A stretch of DNA of 45,534 nt from a virus. Its lineage: Duplodnaviria > Caudoviricetes. Of this stretch, positions 6,352-15,700 are shown piece after piece. Location of the stretch: the IMG/VR virus record IMGVR_UViG_3300005573_000137, positions 1-45,534 of that record; one strand, 5' to 3'. Every line of letters starts with the position of its first letter. The stretch's first letter is position 1. A model generated the notes under the pieces. That model was not told where the DNA came from, did not search any database, and was given only the letters and a program-made list of their open reading frames with translations. The position numbers were made by a program, and so were the translations under genes.

Positions 6352-8163
6352 ATGAAATACGTAGAAATAGCCATCGGAAAAACAACACATCAAGGGGCTA
6401 TCATTCCAATCAACGAACTACATCAAAAAATGAAAATATGCAACATGACAAACTTAGAATTATACAGAAGTATATTTTTATTTGATGAAAAGATAAAAGA
6501 CCACATGAAGACTCACAAGTCACCAAGTGGCTATATTGGAAATTTATATCTTGATTCCATAATACTCGATATTGATAGAGGAAAAAATACAGATGATTTT
6601 ACTCTACATCGTGCAAGAGTATTTGTTGAAAAACTAATGAATGAATGGAAAATAGATGAAGAATGGCTACAAATATGGTATAGTGGAACGGGGTATCACA
6701 TACAAATACCAGATATATTTGGATTTAAGCCGAGTCCAGATATGGATAAAACAGTTAAAGAAACATTAGATACATATTTTAGTGAAGCAGATACATCGTT
6801 TTACCACAAAGCGGGACTAATCAGAGTTGGTAAAACAATTAATAATAAAAGTAAATTATATAAAACTCCACTGTCTTTAGAAGAATTTCAATCTCTAAAA
6901 GCTCTCGAGATTCAAGAATTGGCAAGTAAACCAAGATTGGAATTCAAATTCAAGAAAGTAGTTATTGAACCCAAATATTCACATTTAATTCAAACTAATC
7001 ATGATAAACAAATAGTAGACCAAGTAATTAGTTCTCCTACTAAGATTGTTACATGCGTGCAGCGTATGTATAATTTAGGGGAAGAGGAGGGAACACGTCA
7101 TACTCGTATCATGCGAATGACGTCAGCCTGGAGAAGGGCTGGTATGCCACTATCAGCTATAATAACTGCCATGAAAGCATACGCTCCAAATATGGATGCT
7201 TATGAAGTTGAAAAGCATGTAACAGATGTATTCAAAAAAGGTTATATGTATGGATGCGATGACTCAATAATGAAGGAGTTCTGTGACCCAACTTGTATTT
7301 TCTATAAAAGAAAGAATTACGCTCCATCAATAATCAATAGTAAAGATTTGGAGAAACAATTTGTAGAATTTGCCAGAACAGACTTCACTGGTAAGGCAAT
7401 TAATCTACAAGAATATTGGCAATTAGAACAACCTTTTTGGCTGTATCCAGGATTCTATGTTCAACTGATTGGAGATACTGGACTAAATAAAACTGCCCTA
7501 TTCCAGAATCTCGCTATTGAATTAAGTAACTTCTCACCCACCCTTTACTTATCGACAGAATTTGGTAACCTTTTACTATTTAGAAGATTCTGTCAAATAG
7601 CCCACAAATTGACTAAAGACCAAGTAGTAGCCCATTACCAACAGCATACGAATACTTTATCGAATGCTTTTGCTCATATTCATTATTTGAAGGTTGTTCC
7701 TTCACTTAACGAAATCGAGAAGTTAGTGGGCAGTTTCACACCTAAAATAGTTATGATTGATACTATTGATGACATACCAGTATACGACAATAGAAACAAT
7801 CAATTACAAGGCGTTCAAGCTGAGGATGCTTTAGGCAAAGGCTTAAAGCAACTTGCAGAAAAATATGAAACGATTGTAATGGGGGTACACCACATAAGAA
7901 AAAATGCAACTGAGCATATTAGTAAAGATGGAGAAATTAAAAATCTTCCTCTTACTCTTAATGCTTCAAAAGGGGCTGGTACATTCGTACAAAAAGCAGA
8001 TATAGTATTTGCCTTAGAAGGAAATCGTAATCAAGCTTTAAGAACATTATCAGTTCTTAAAAGCAGAGACGATGCACCTTTCAAAAAGGCATTCGTTGTA
8101 GATGTAGATACATTTAGGTTTGAACAATTAAATGGAGATAATTATAAAAGTGGATTAGTATGA
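6352..8163 (+). CDS. AEP-type primase fused to a RecA/DnaB-like helicase domain
   Basis: ILDID and YSGTGYH AEP motifs; Cys cluster GCDD....FCDPTC; Walker A-like GDTGLNKT; Walker B VMIDTID; LKSRD. Confidence 0.8.
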   Translation: MKYVEIAIGKTTHQGAIIPINELHQKMKICNMTNLELYRSIFLFDEKIKDHMKTHKSPSGYIGNLYLDSIILDIDRGKNTDDFTLHRARVFVEKLMNEWKIDEEWLQIWYSGTGYHIQIPDIFGFKPSPDMDKTVKETLDTYFSEADTSFYHKAGLIRVGKTINNKSKLYKTPLSLEEFQSLKALEIQELASKPRLEFKFKKVVIEPKYSHLIQTNHDKQIVDQVISSPTKIVTCVQRMYNLGEEEGTRHTRIMRMTSAWRRAGMPLSAIITAMKAYAPNMDAYEVEKHVTDVFKKGYMYGCDDSIMKEFCDPTCIFYKRKNYAPSIINSKDLEKQFVEFARTDFTGKAINLQEYWQLEQPFWLYPGFYVQLIGDTGLNKTALFQNLAIELSNFSPTLYLSTEFGNLLLFRRFCQIAHKLTKDQVVAHYQQHTNTLSNAFAHIHYLKVVPSLNEIEKLVGSFTPKIVMIDTIDDIPVYDNRNNQLQGVQAEDALGKGLKQLAEKYETIVMGVHHIRKNATEHISKDGEIKNLPLTLNASKGAGTFVQKADIVFALEGNRNQALRTLSVLKSRDDAPFKKAFVVDVDTFRFEQLNGDNYKSGLV

Positions 8164-8333
8164 CAATAGAACAAGCAATACAGCAAGCAATGGAAGACAT
8201 TAAAAGTATTTCCTATAAAGAGACTTATAATATCATTATTTGGTCATTAGTAATAACCAAAATGCTCATTCAAGAAGACCCAGAGAAATATAAAACAATG
8301 TTTAGCGAACTGATAGAAGCGAGTAAACAATGA
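8160..8333 (+). CDS. Small hypothetical protein (57 aa)
   Basis: ATGA-coupled on both sides; translated by hand (MTIEQAIQQAMED...). Confidence 0.6.
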   Translation: MTIEQAIQQAMEDIKSISYKETYNIIIWSLVITKMLIQEDPEKYKTMFSELIEASKQ

Positions 8334-8500
8334 AAACAAAAGAAGAAGAAAAAGAAAAAATATACTATGCAAATAGTTTATACGAAATCATGTCCAAAGA
8401 TGAAAAGTTATACTATTTGCGTAGCACAAGGGATAGGAATTTAATAATTCATGTTCCAGTAAATTCAACATTATTAAAGCAATATACAAAGGAGGAATGA
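8330..8500 (+). CDS. Small hypothetical protein (56 aa)
   Basis: ATGA-coupled on both sides (MKTKEEEKEKIYY...). Confidence 0.6.
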   Translation: MKTKEEEKEKIYYANSLYEIMSKDEKLYYLRSTRDRNLIIHVPVNSTLLKQYTKEE

Positions 8501-9099
8501 TGCAAAGTTTAAGGCAATTGAGAATAGAGCAATATTCTCTTATGCAAGAATTATTGAATAATGGAGGTGAAATAACAGGTAGTGAAGATGTTCTGTTAGA
8601 AGAACTTCAAAATAAAATAAAAGCTAAAACAGATTCATACGTAGGTTTGGTAGTTAAAGATGGATTCTTTGACTCAGAGATAGATAGAACAAAGAAGTTC
8701 ATTGAAGCAGCCAAAGATTACATTGAATCAATAAGTAAATCTAAGGCAAGAATTGAATCTGTACTTCACGAAATAGCCAGGCAAGAAGGCTATTTGGAAT
8801 ATAGAGTAGATGATGATGCTCCACCAGTCTATGTAAAGCCTTTTATGAAGCAGAAATCACATGTTGAAATTGAAAAGGTAACCTCAGATGAAGGAAGTTA
8901 TACATTACCAAAGCTAAAAGCAGAAGAATATAATAAATTAGTTGACATACTAACAAATACAGCGCCAGAAATGGCGAAATTAATTGTTAGTCAATCAGGT
9001 CATTCTTGTAATGTATCTGACCTTCCAGAAGGACATCCAGCAATTTCAGTAGAGCTTACACCATCGATTAAAATTGTAAAAACAAAACCAAAAGATTAA
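8497..9099 (+). CDS. Siphovirus Gp157-like coiled-coil protein
   Basis: LQNKIKAKTDSY...EIDR.K coiled-coil pattern typical of Gp157; GGAGG RBS. Confidence 0.55.
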   Translation: MMQSLRQLRIEQYSLMQELLNNGGEITGSEDVLLEELQNKIKAKTDSYVGLVVKDGFFDSEIDRTKKFIEAAKDYIESISKSKARIESVLHEIARQEGYLEYRVDDDAPPVYVKPFMKQKSHVEIEKVTSDEGSYTLPKLKAEEYNKLVDILTNTAPEMAKLIVSQSGHSCNVSDLPEGHPAISVELTPSIKIVKTKPKD

Positions 9100-9156
9100 A
9101 TAATTAATTTCATAATAATGCCGTAGGCTATCCTACGGCAAATTTATAGGAGTTAT

Positions 9157-9528
9157 ATGATTAAAGTAAAATTAAATAATAGAAGGACATACACATTCAC
9201 AGATAAAACTATAAAACAATTCTTTGAAATAACGGAGTCAACTCCAGATGACTTGATAGAATGGATGAAAAGAAATATTGATTATAGTTATCCGTGTCTT
9301 GTTGACCAATATAAAAAATTTACTATTGGTGATTCACTTCGTAATGATTGTATGGTTATTAAAACCATAGCAGGTAAAATGATATGTATTCCAGTTAATC
9401 CATTGGGTTCTAAAAAGTATATAATATCCTTTTGGGAGGGAATACAAGATAATAAAAAAGCATTTACAGATTTTATTAAACAACTCAAAAGCACAACAAA
9501 AGAAGGAAAACAAAAATGTACATCATAG
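9157..9528 (+). CDS. Hypothetical protein
   Basis: AGGAG RBS, 123 aa. Confidence 0.7.
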   Translation: MIKVKLNNRRTYTFTDKTIKQFFEITESTPDDLIEWMKRNIDYSYPCLVDQYKKFTIGDSLRNDCMVIKTIAGKMICIPVNPLGSKKYIISFWEGIQDNKKAFTDFIKQLKSTTKEGKQKCTS

Positions 9529-9995
9529 GAATCGACCCAGGAAAGAACGGAGGAATAGCCTTAATTGACCCAGAGGGCAACTTACAAACAAGTCCTATGG
9601 GAACTACGGAACATGATACATTTGCAATCGTAAAGAAATATGAGCAGCTACGAGGCGATAAGCCACTAAAAGCATATATTGAAAAGGTACATTCTATGCC
9701 ACAACAAGGTGTAGCATCTACTTTTACATTCGGCACTCACTACGGCTTCATAAGAGGCATCTTAGTAGCCCTATCAATACCATTTGAAGAGGTAACACCT
9801 CAGACATGGCAAGGGGGCTTAAAGATTCCAAAGAAGACAAAGGAAGAGGCTAAGCCAGCATTTAAGGCAAGGCTCTTAGCACATGCACAGAGGCTATTCC
9901 CTAAATCGGACTTTTCACTAAAAACTGCTGATGCAGCTTTAATAGCTGAATATGGCAGACGTAACGAAACATTATCAAACCAAACACAATACTAA
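9516..9995 (+). CDS. RuvC-like Holliday junction resolvase
   Basis: IIGIDPG, IEKVHSMPQQGVASTFTFG, VTPQTWQ and ADAALIA motifs. Confidence 0.88.
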   Translation: MYIIGIDPGKNGGIALIDPEGNLQTSPMGTTEHDTFAIVKKYEQLRGDKPLKAYIEKVHSMPQQGVASTFTFGTHYGFIRGILVALSIPFEEVTPQTWQGGLKIPKKTKEEAKPAFKARLLAHAQRLFPKSDFSLKTADAALIAEYGRRNETLSNQTQY

Positions 9996-10010
9996 AGAAA
10001 GGTTAAAATC

Positions 10011-10196
10011 GTGGACTTTCTATTCAGAATAACAACTACAAAAGGGGACATCGTTAGAGGATTTAGAATCGCTCTGTTATCGATATTCAGTATTTCGCTG
10101 TTAATTACCAATCTTCATGGTAGTAATATTACCATATATTTTGGAATTTACAAATTTGAAATAGCATTTGGAATTCATTTTAACGAAAATAAATAA
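10011..10196 (+). CDS. Small hypothetical protein
   Basis: GTG start behind AAGG; fills the operon gap. Confidence 0.5.
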   Translation: MDFLFRITTTKGDIVRGFRIALLSIFSISLLITNLHGSNITIYFGIYKFEIAFGIHFNENK

Positions 10197-10205
10197 GGAG
10201 AAAAT

Positions 10206-10832
10206 ATGAGAATTAGCAAAGCATATAAACTTGAAAATTTAGTCGATGAGATGAACACTCATGGACTGGCAAATATTTGCATTGAAAATAACACTGCAGT
10301 GGCATGTGATGGAAAAGTAATGGCAATAGTTCCATTAAAAGAATTCGAGCCAAATGAAACTGGCTGTATCTCACCAGAAATTTTGGTAGCTGCCCGTAAA
10401 GCATCAGTAAAATCAATTAAAGAAAGTGATATATTCTTAACTGATAAAGAAGAACGTCTGATAGATGGTTTAACCCGTCCACGTCCTTCAAGTGAATATC
10501 CCAAATATAAAGAGGTTATACCACTAGATGAACCTCAAATCACTGTTAGCTTTGACATTAAATTACTTGATAAACTTGCCAAAGCTATAAACAGTGATAG
10601 ACTGGTGTTGGAGATAATTAACCCTCGTAAGGCAATAAGGGTATACCCCGCCAATAAGGGGAATGAGGCATTTGGACTTTTAATGCCAATCGACATCAAT
10701 ATGGTGGAATACAAGTCCGAAACACTGAATGAAAAGATAGTTGTTATGGACAAACCACAACCACCAGAAGAAGAAAAAGAAAATGAAGAAACATTAGAAG
10801 AAAATGAAGAAATAAATGAGGTATTCGAATGA
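10206..10832 (+). CDS. DNA polymerase III beta-clamp-like protein (partial clamp fold) with acidic tail
   Basis: AVACDGKVM, YPKYKEVIP and GLLMPI correspond to clamp motifs ATDGHRL, YPDY..VIP and LIMP. Confidence 0.6.
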   Translation: MRISKAYKLENLVDEMNTHGLANICIENNTAVACDGKVMAIVPLKEFEPNETGCISPEILVAARKASVKSIKESDIFLTDKEERLIDGLTRPRPSSEYPKYKEVIPLDEPQITVSFDIKLLDKLAKAINSDRLVLEIINPRKAIRVYPANKGNEAFGLLMPIDINMVEYKSETLNEKIVVMDKPQPPEEEKENEETLEENEEINEVFE

Positions 10833-11110
10833 GACCATTAACAAAAGAGCAGCAAGAAGCACTAAAGGAAAAAATAATACAAGGGGCTTATTACAAGCCC
10901 CAATATATTGAAGTTAGAGGGTCAAAAGAAATCTCGGAAATTACACATCAAAGATTTCTTGAGTTACCCGAAGAACAACAAAAACAATTTAGAGAAGACG
11001 TGCAAGGGGCATCACTTAGTAAAACAGATAAGGGGGAGAATATAATGACAGTGAAGAAAACACCACTGACATTAAAAGTATTCCAAGATTATATAATAAA
11101 TGAATATTAA
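10829..11110 (+). CDS. Hypothetical protein
   Basis: ATGA-coupled, GAGG RBS. Confidence 0.7.
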   Translation: MRPLTKEQQEALKEKIIQGAYYKPQYIEVRGSKEISEITHQRFLELPEEQQKQFREDVQGASLSKTDKGENIMTVKKTPLTLKVFQDYIINEY

Positions 11111-11121
11111 ATAGAGGTGTT

Positions 11122-11535
11122 ATGAAACCATCAGAAACATATCAAAAAAAGAGTGGTGATTATACTTTTAGAATAGACTTCTATGCAGATGAACCAATCC
11201 CATCAATGGTATTGACTAAAACCCATAATAATGAAACGGAGGTAATGAGAGAATTATGGGGATTATATCCAATAAAACATCTTGTAGGACAAATTTATGG
11301 ATATGATTTTAGTCAACCAAAAGAAAGAGAGTTATTTGCCGATAAATACCTTTCTCATTTAGTTGAACAGCAAGATTCCTTCGATGAGAAACATATCATT
11401 GATGTAGTGCAAAAAAGCTTAGAATATCATTTTGAGGCATATACTTGGAATGACCTGGTAGATGATAGTAGGCTTAATGAGGTAGAGAATCATTGGGCAA
11501 AAAATCATTTAACATATAGCGTTAAAAAGATATAA
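11122..11535 (+). CDS. Hypothetical protein
   Basis: GAGGTG RBS, 137 aa. Confidence 0.75.
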   Translation: MKPSETYQKKSGDYTFRIDFYADEPIPSMVLTKTHNNETEVMRELWGLYPIKHLVGQIYGYDFSQPKERELFADKYLSHLVEQQDSFDEKHIIDVVQKSLEYHFEAYTWNDLVDDSRLNEVENHWAKNHLTYSVKKI

Positions 11536-11583
11536 CTAAAAGCGAGGCTCTCGCTTTAATTTAATTTATAAGGGAAAATAAAA

Positions 11584-11916
11584 ATGAAAGTCTTTATTCC
11601 AAATTTAGTAGCAGAATATCATGCTGATGCTCGTTTTATTTTGTTGAAGGATGATGAAACTTCAAGAATAATTGCAATTATTTTTCTTCGACTTGAAGAT
11701 GATTTATCTGATAGTTGGTTTGAATTTATTTATAGACAAAAACATTACGACCTTAATGTTTTTAGAAATAATAAAACTGACGATTTAACTATGGATGTTT
11801 ATGAAGTAATTGATAATTCTACTAAGTCAAAAGAATATCAATCAATCCCCTATTTTCTTAAAATTAATTCAATTGAACAACAACCAGAGGAAATAAATGA
11901 ACAAAGTAATTCTTAG
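11584..11916 (+). CDS. Hypothetical protein
   Basis: AAGGG RBS, 110 aa. Confidence 0.7.
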   Translation: MKVFIPNLVAEYHADARFILLKDDETSRIIAIIFLRLEDDLSDSWFEFIYRQKHYDLNVFRNNKTDDLTMDVYEVIDNSTKSKEYQSIPYFLKINSIEQQPEEINEQSNS

Positions 11917-12064
11917 TATAGTCATATATGGATTGTTAATTGCCATCTATGTTATTTTAGGATTAGTGATGCAATTGCCACATCCATACATGGGGGTAAT
12001 ATATTCTATTTATGGAGCTGCAATGTTTGCATCCATTGAGTCCATAGTAAAAAAAGAAAAATAA
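11897..12064 (+). CDS. Small two-TM membrane protein (55 aa)
   Basis: GAGG RBS; MNKVILSIVIYGLLIAIYVILGLV... translated by hand; ends just before a terminator. Confidence 0.6.
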   Translation: MNKVILSIVIYGLLIAIYVILGLVMQLPHPYMGVIYSIYGAAMFASIESIVKKEK

Positions 12065-12068
12065 AATT

Positions 12069-12108
12069 TAAGGGTAGAGGCATCTTGCTTCTATCCTTAT
12101 TTTTTTTT
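12069..12108 (+). terminator. Rho-independent terminator ending the early/replication operon
   Basis: TAAGGGTAGAGGCA-TCT-TGCTTCTATCCTTA followed by a T run. Confidence 0.85.
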
Positions 12109-12140
12109 AGGTTACCACAAATAAAAAAAATAGTGAGAAA

Positions 12141-12169
12141 TTTACAGATGATGTCAGGGTATGTATATT
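12141..12169 (+). promoter_or_regulatory. Sigma70-type promoter for the HTH gene
   Basis: TTTACA-17bp-TATATT directly after the terminator. Confidence 0.55.
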
Positions 12170-12204
12170 ATGTAAACTAAACTTGGTGCTAAGTAACTCC
12201 TTTA

Positions 12205-12708
12205 ATGACTACTCCCTTTCATAGCTTAAAAATAAAATCAATTTACTTTTCCTTAGTTACCAAAAATGTAAGCATTATGGACGAAGAATTAATTAAACAA
12301 AAGATAACCTTGCCACTTAAAAAATTCATTAGAGAAAATTATAAATTACAATCCAGAGCTGCAAGAGAATTTCATATCTCACCATCAATGCTAACTCTTA
12401 TTATGCAAGGTAAACGTAAGCCCACAAAGTACATGATAACAGTACTACAACAGCATAATTTTGATACAAATGTCTTTATGACACTTTATGATATTAACAT
12501 ACCAGAAAAGATAGATAACTATGAACAGTTTAGATTTATTCTTAGTTCTTTAGTCTCTACTATTTATGCTCAAGGTCGGTCGATTGATGCTTTAACAATG
12601 CAATTAAGGAATGCCACAGCCGATGCCATAGAGGCTAAAAAGAAAGTCACGGAACTTAAAAAGCTGCTCCGTGACAATCTAATAGGTAAGAATTTTACAG
12701 ATTTGTAA
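12205..12708 (+). CDS. XRE-like helix-turn-helix regulator with C-terminal coiled coil (true start may be downstream, MDEELIK)
   Basis: QSRAAREFHISPSMLTLIMQGKRKP is a Cro/C1-type HTH pattern. Confidence 0.7.
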   Translation: MTTPFHSLKIKSIYFSLVTKNVSIMDEELIKQKITLPLKKFIRENYKLQSRAAREFHISPSMLTLIMQGKRKPTKYMITVLQQHNFDTNVFMTLYDINIPEKIDNYEQFRFILSSLVSTIYAQGRSIDALTMQLRNATADAIEAKKKVTELKKLLRDNLIGKNFTDL

Positions 12709-12720
12709 ATTCACAATAAT

Positions 12721-15700
12721 TTACTGTGATTGTAAATTTATATTTAAATCTTCATTACTTTGGTCTTCCTTCTGAGTCTTCTTAAATACTTGATTCAATC
12801 TATGTATTGGAAGTCCAGAGAAGTTTTCTACCAATTTTGAGGGGTCAACTATCGTCTTGTAAGAATCATGTATTAATCTACCAAATGGGAATAAAGTCCA
12901 TACAGTACTATCTACATAATTCCAATTTCCTAAAGCTACACCTAAGAACATTTGTGGAATCCTAAATGCTGGAGGTACTACTATTTGTGTTAAATTTGCT
13001 GGATATGGTAAAACTCCATAGAAAGCTTTACGTTTTTCGTCATCATTCCCAAATAAGAATTGATTCATATTGGAAATAATTCCATAGGGTTGTGGCAAGG
13101 ATGTTTCAAATATCGAGAAAGGTAGCATCGATGCTAAAGATAAAACAAAAACGTCTGCTGTAATAAATCTTTGCAATCTTTTATATTCGGGTGTGTAAGG
13201 TCTATATCCTTGCTCTGCTGCTAATTTTATCATATTCTTTCTGAACTTTATAGAATTAAAAGTAAAGATTTGGAATCGAGCAAATACCTTTCCCATTGTT
13301 GTAGCTGCAAAAGCTGGTCTGGTAGCTGAATTATAAATGAATTGGCTATTCTCAACAGATTTGTTAGCAAATTGAATAAGTATGGGGTCATCATAAGCAA
13401 ATGAATGTGTTGTAGGCATCAAAGTTTTTACCCCATTAACATAGGCAGTTAGCCAAGCTTTAAGCCTTGTTTTGCGTTCAGAATACCTCATGAACCAACC
13501 CGCTTTACTTAAAAAATTAGAAATCTTATCTTTTGTTACATTAACTAATTCATTATTTTTACGTAATGCTTCAACTTGCACCTTCATTTTTTCAATTAAA
13601 TTCTTGTCTGATATTTCTGGATTATCTTTAATTATATCTTTGGCTATTGAAAACATTTTAGAAAATTCTTGTCCTTTATAATCACTTAATGCAAACATAT
13701 CTTTGTAGAATGATTCAAGTCCACCATGTTCTTCCACAAATTTATTTACCTTCTCCCAACTATCCCAAGCGGGATTAAGTTGCTTAAAATAATTTAAGTC
13801 CCTTGCTTTCCAAAAAGATTCAAATCCCATGTCAATGATGGTATTTTTATAAGCATCAAAGATATTATTAAATAATGTTTTTGTACTTGCCAGTAAAGAA
13901 ATAAGTTCATATTTCCCCTCTAATTGAGAGAAGGCAACAGCTTTTCTCATCATCAATTGTTTACCCGTTTCTGAATCTGTCGGAACTTTAATTGAAAATT
14001 TCTTTCCTTTATCTTCCCCCTCAGTTGCCGTATATTCAATATTAAAATACTTCTTAAACTTTTTGAATAAATCGTGCATCTTCTGGTCACTTGTCCAATA
14101 GAATGGCGTTCCTTTAATTTTATATTTGGGGTCATTTAAGATTTCTTTTGGAAAGAATGAAGGACGACCTAATGTATTATTCATATATACTTCCATATAA
14201 TTAATCATTTGGTCATTCTGCTCACCAAAAGGTTTATATTCTTCTACCCAATTTATCATGTGCCTATTCATTAGTGAAGTTAGAACATTCCAATAACTTT
14301 TATTTATTTGTTCTAAATATTTTTCTCTTACATCATTGGAAGTACTCCAGCCAGGTAGTGGGTCTTCAGAACGACTTTTTGTAAATGATGGTGCAAGAAA
14401 ATTATCTTGAGGATATAAGTCTATAACATGTCCTTCTAATTCTTCCAAAGCATCCACAGACATTCCTCCATCTGGGGCATCACTTAATGCTCTTTCAAAC
14501 TCAACTCTTGCAGAAAAAGATTGAGCATCACTCTTTAATTCTTTGTCATACATTTGAGCTATCTTTTCATTACGAGCATTCTCTATCACTTGCTTATCAT
14601 AATTAGTATGATGCCAATAACTTGCACCCCAACTGCCTATTTCGGGGTCATCTAAGTAAGAAAAAGGTCTATATTGGTAAATTTCTGATTCTCCATTTTC
14701 ATTACGACCTTCTCCCTCAATAGTATATTCTTTAAGGGTTTTCAAAATAGATTCTTTTAGCATTGCATCAGCAATACGAGTAACTTCACTATGTTGGTCT
14801 AAATAAACATTATCACTGGCATGAGCTACATAATTTTCTATTTCTTTTATTTTAATAGTATTAAAGAATGGTACTAAATGGTTACCAGCTTGAATAAAAA
14901 ATGCTTTAGCATTCTTATAATCTTTCCATTTCAAATCTCTGAGCATGACGGTGCGTGTATTACCATTACTATCTTGAATATTAAACCTTAATTTTTCCAA
15001 TTTTAATCTATGAGCTAATTTTAGTAGCCCATTCATAGTTAAGAAATGTTTACTACCTATTATCTCATCATTGACGGCAGCTTCTGAAATACGATTGATA
15101 GTTTTATCCATATCAATAAATTCTGAGTTGCCAAGCTTAATTATATTCTTTTTTTCAATCTCGGGATTAACCAACAATTGCTTTCTGGCATCATGATAAA
15201 ACTTTTGTATCTTTGGAACAAGTTCATTAACTATCTCATTTACACCTAATTTGACTGTCTTACCATCCTTTACCATAGATAATTTTAACCATTCGTCATC
15301 AGTTTTATATTTTGCTTCAAACTTTTCTTTTGCCTCAGCATATTTAGCATAATAAATATTGGATTTAGAAGTCACATCTTTCTCAATGGTGCGTACTGCA
15401 AATTCCATAATATCCTTACCTACGTCTGGATTAGATTGATATTCGGGGGATTCATATATCTGCCCTAATAATGTATTTACATCATCTGTCTGATACTGAT
15501 TATAAATTTGATTGAAATACATTTCCGAAGCTCTGGCAAGTGCAGAATTAATCTTATATTGTCTATTGATAATCCCCATGATATTTTCAATTGTATGCTC
15601 TTTTAATCCTTCTTCTGTTAAAACTTTTACTGTCTTCCGAAGATGAGTAAGTCCAAATAAATTAAATTTTTTACCAACAGCTTCGGGTGATACCAAGAAA

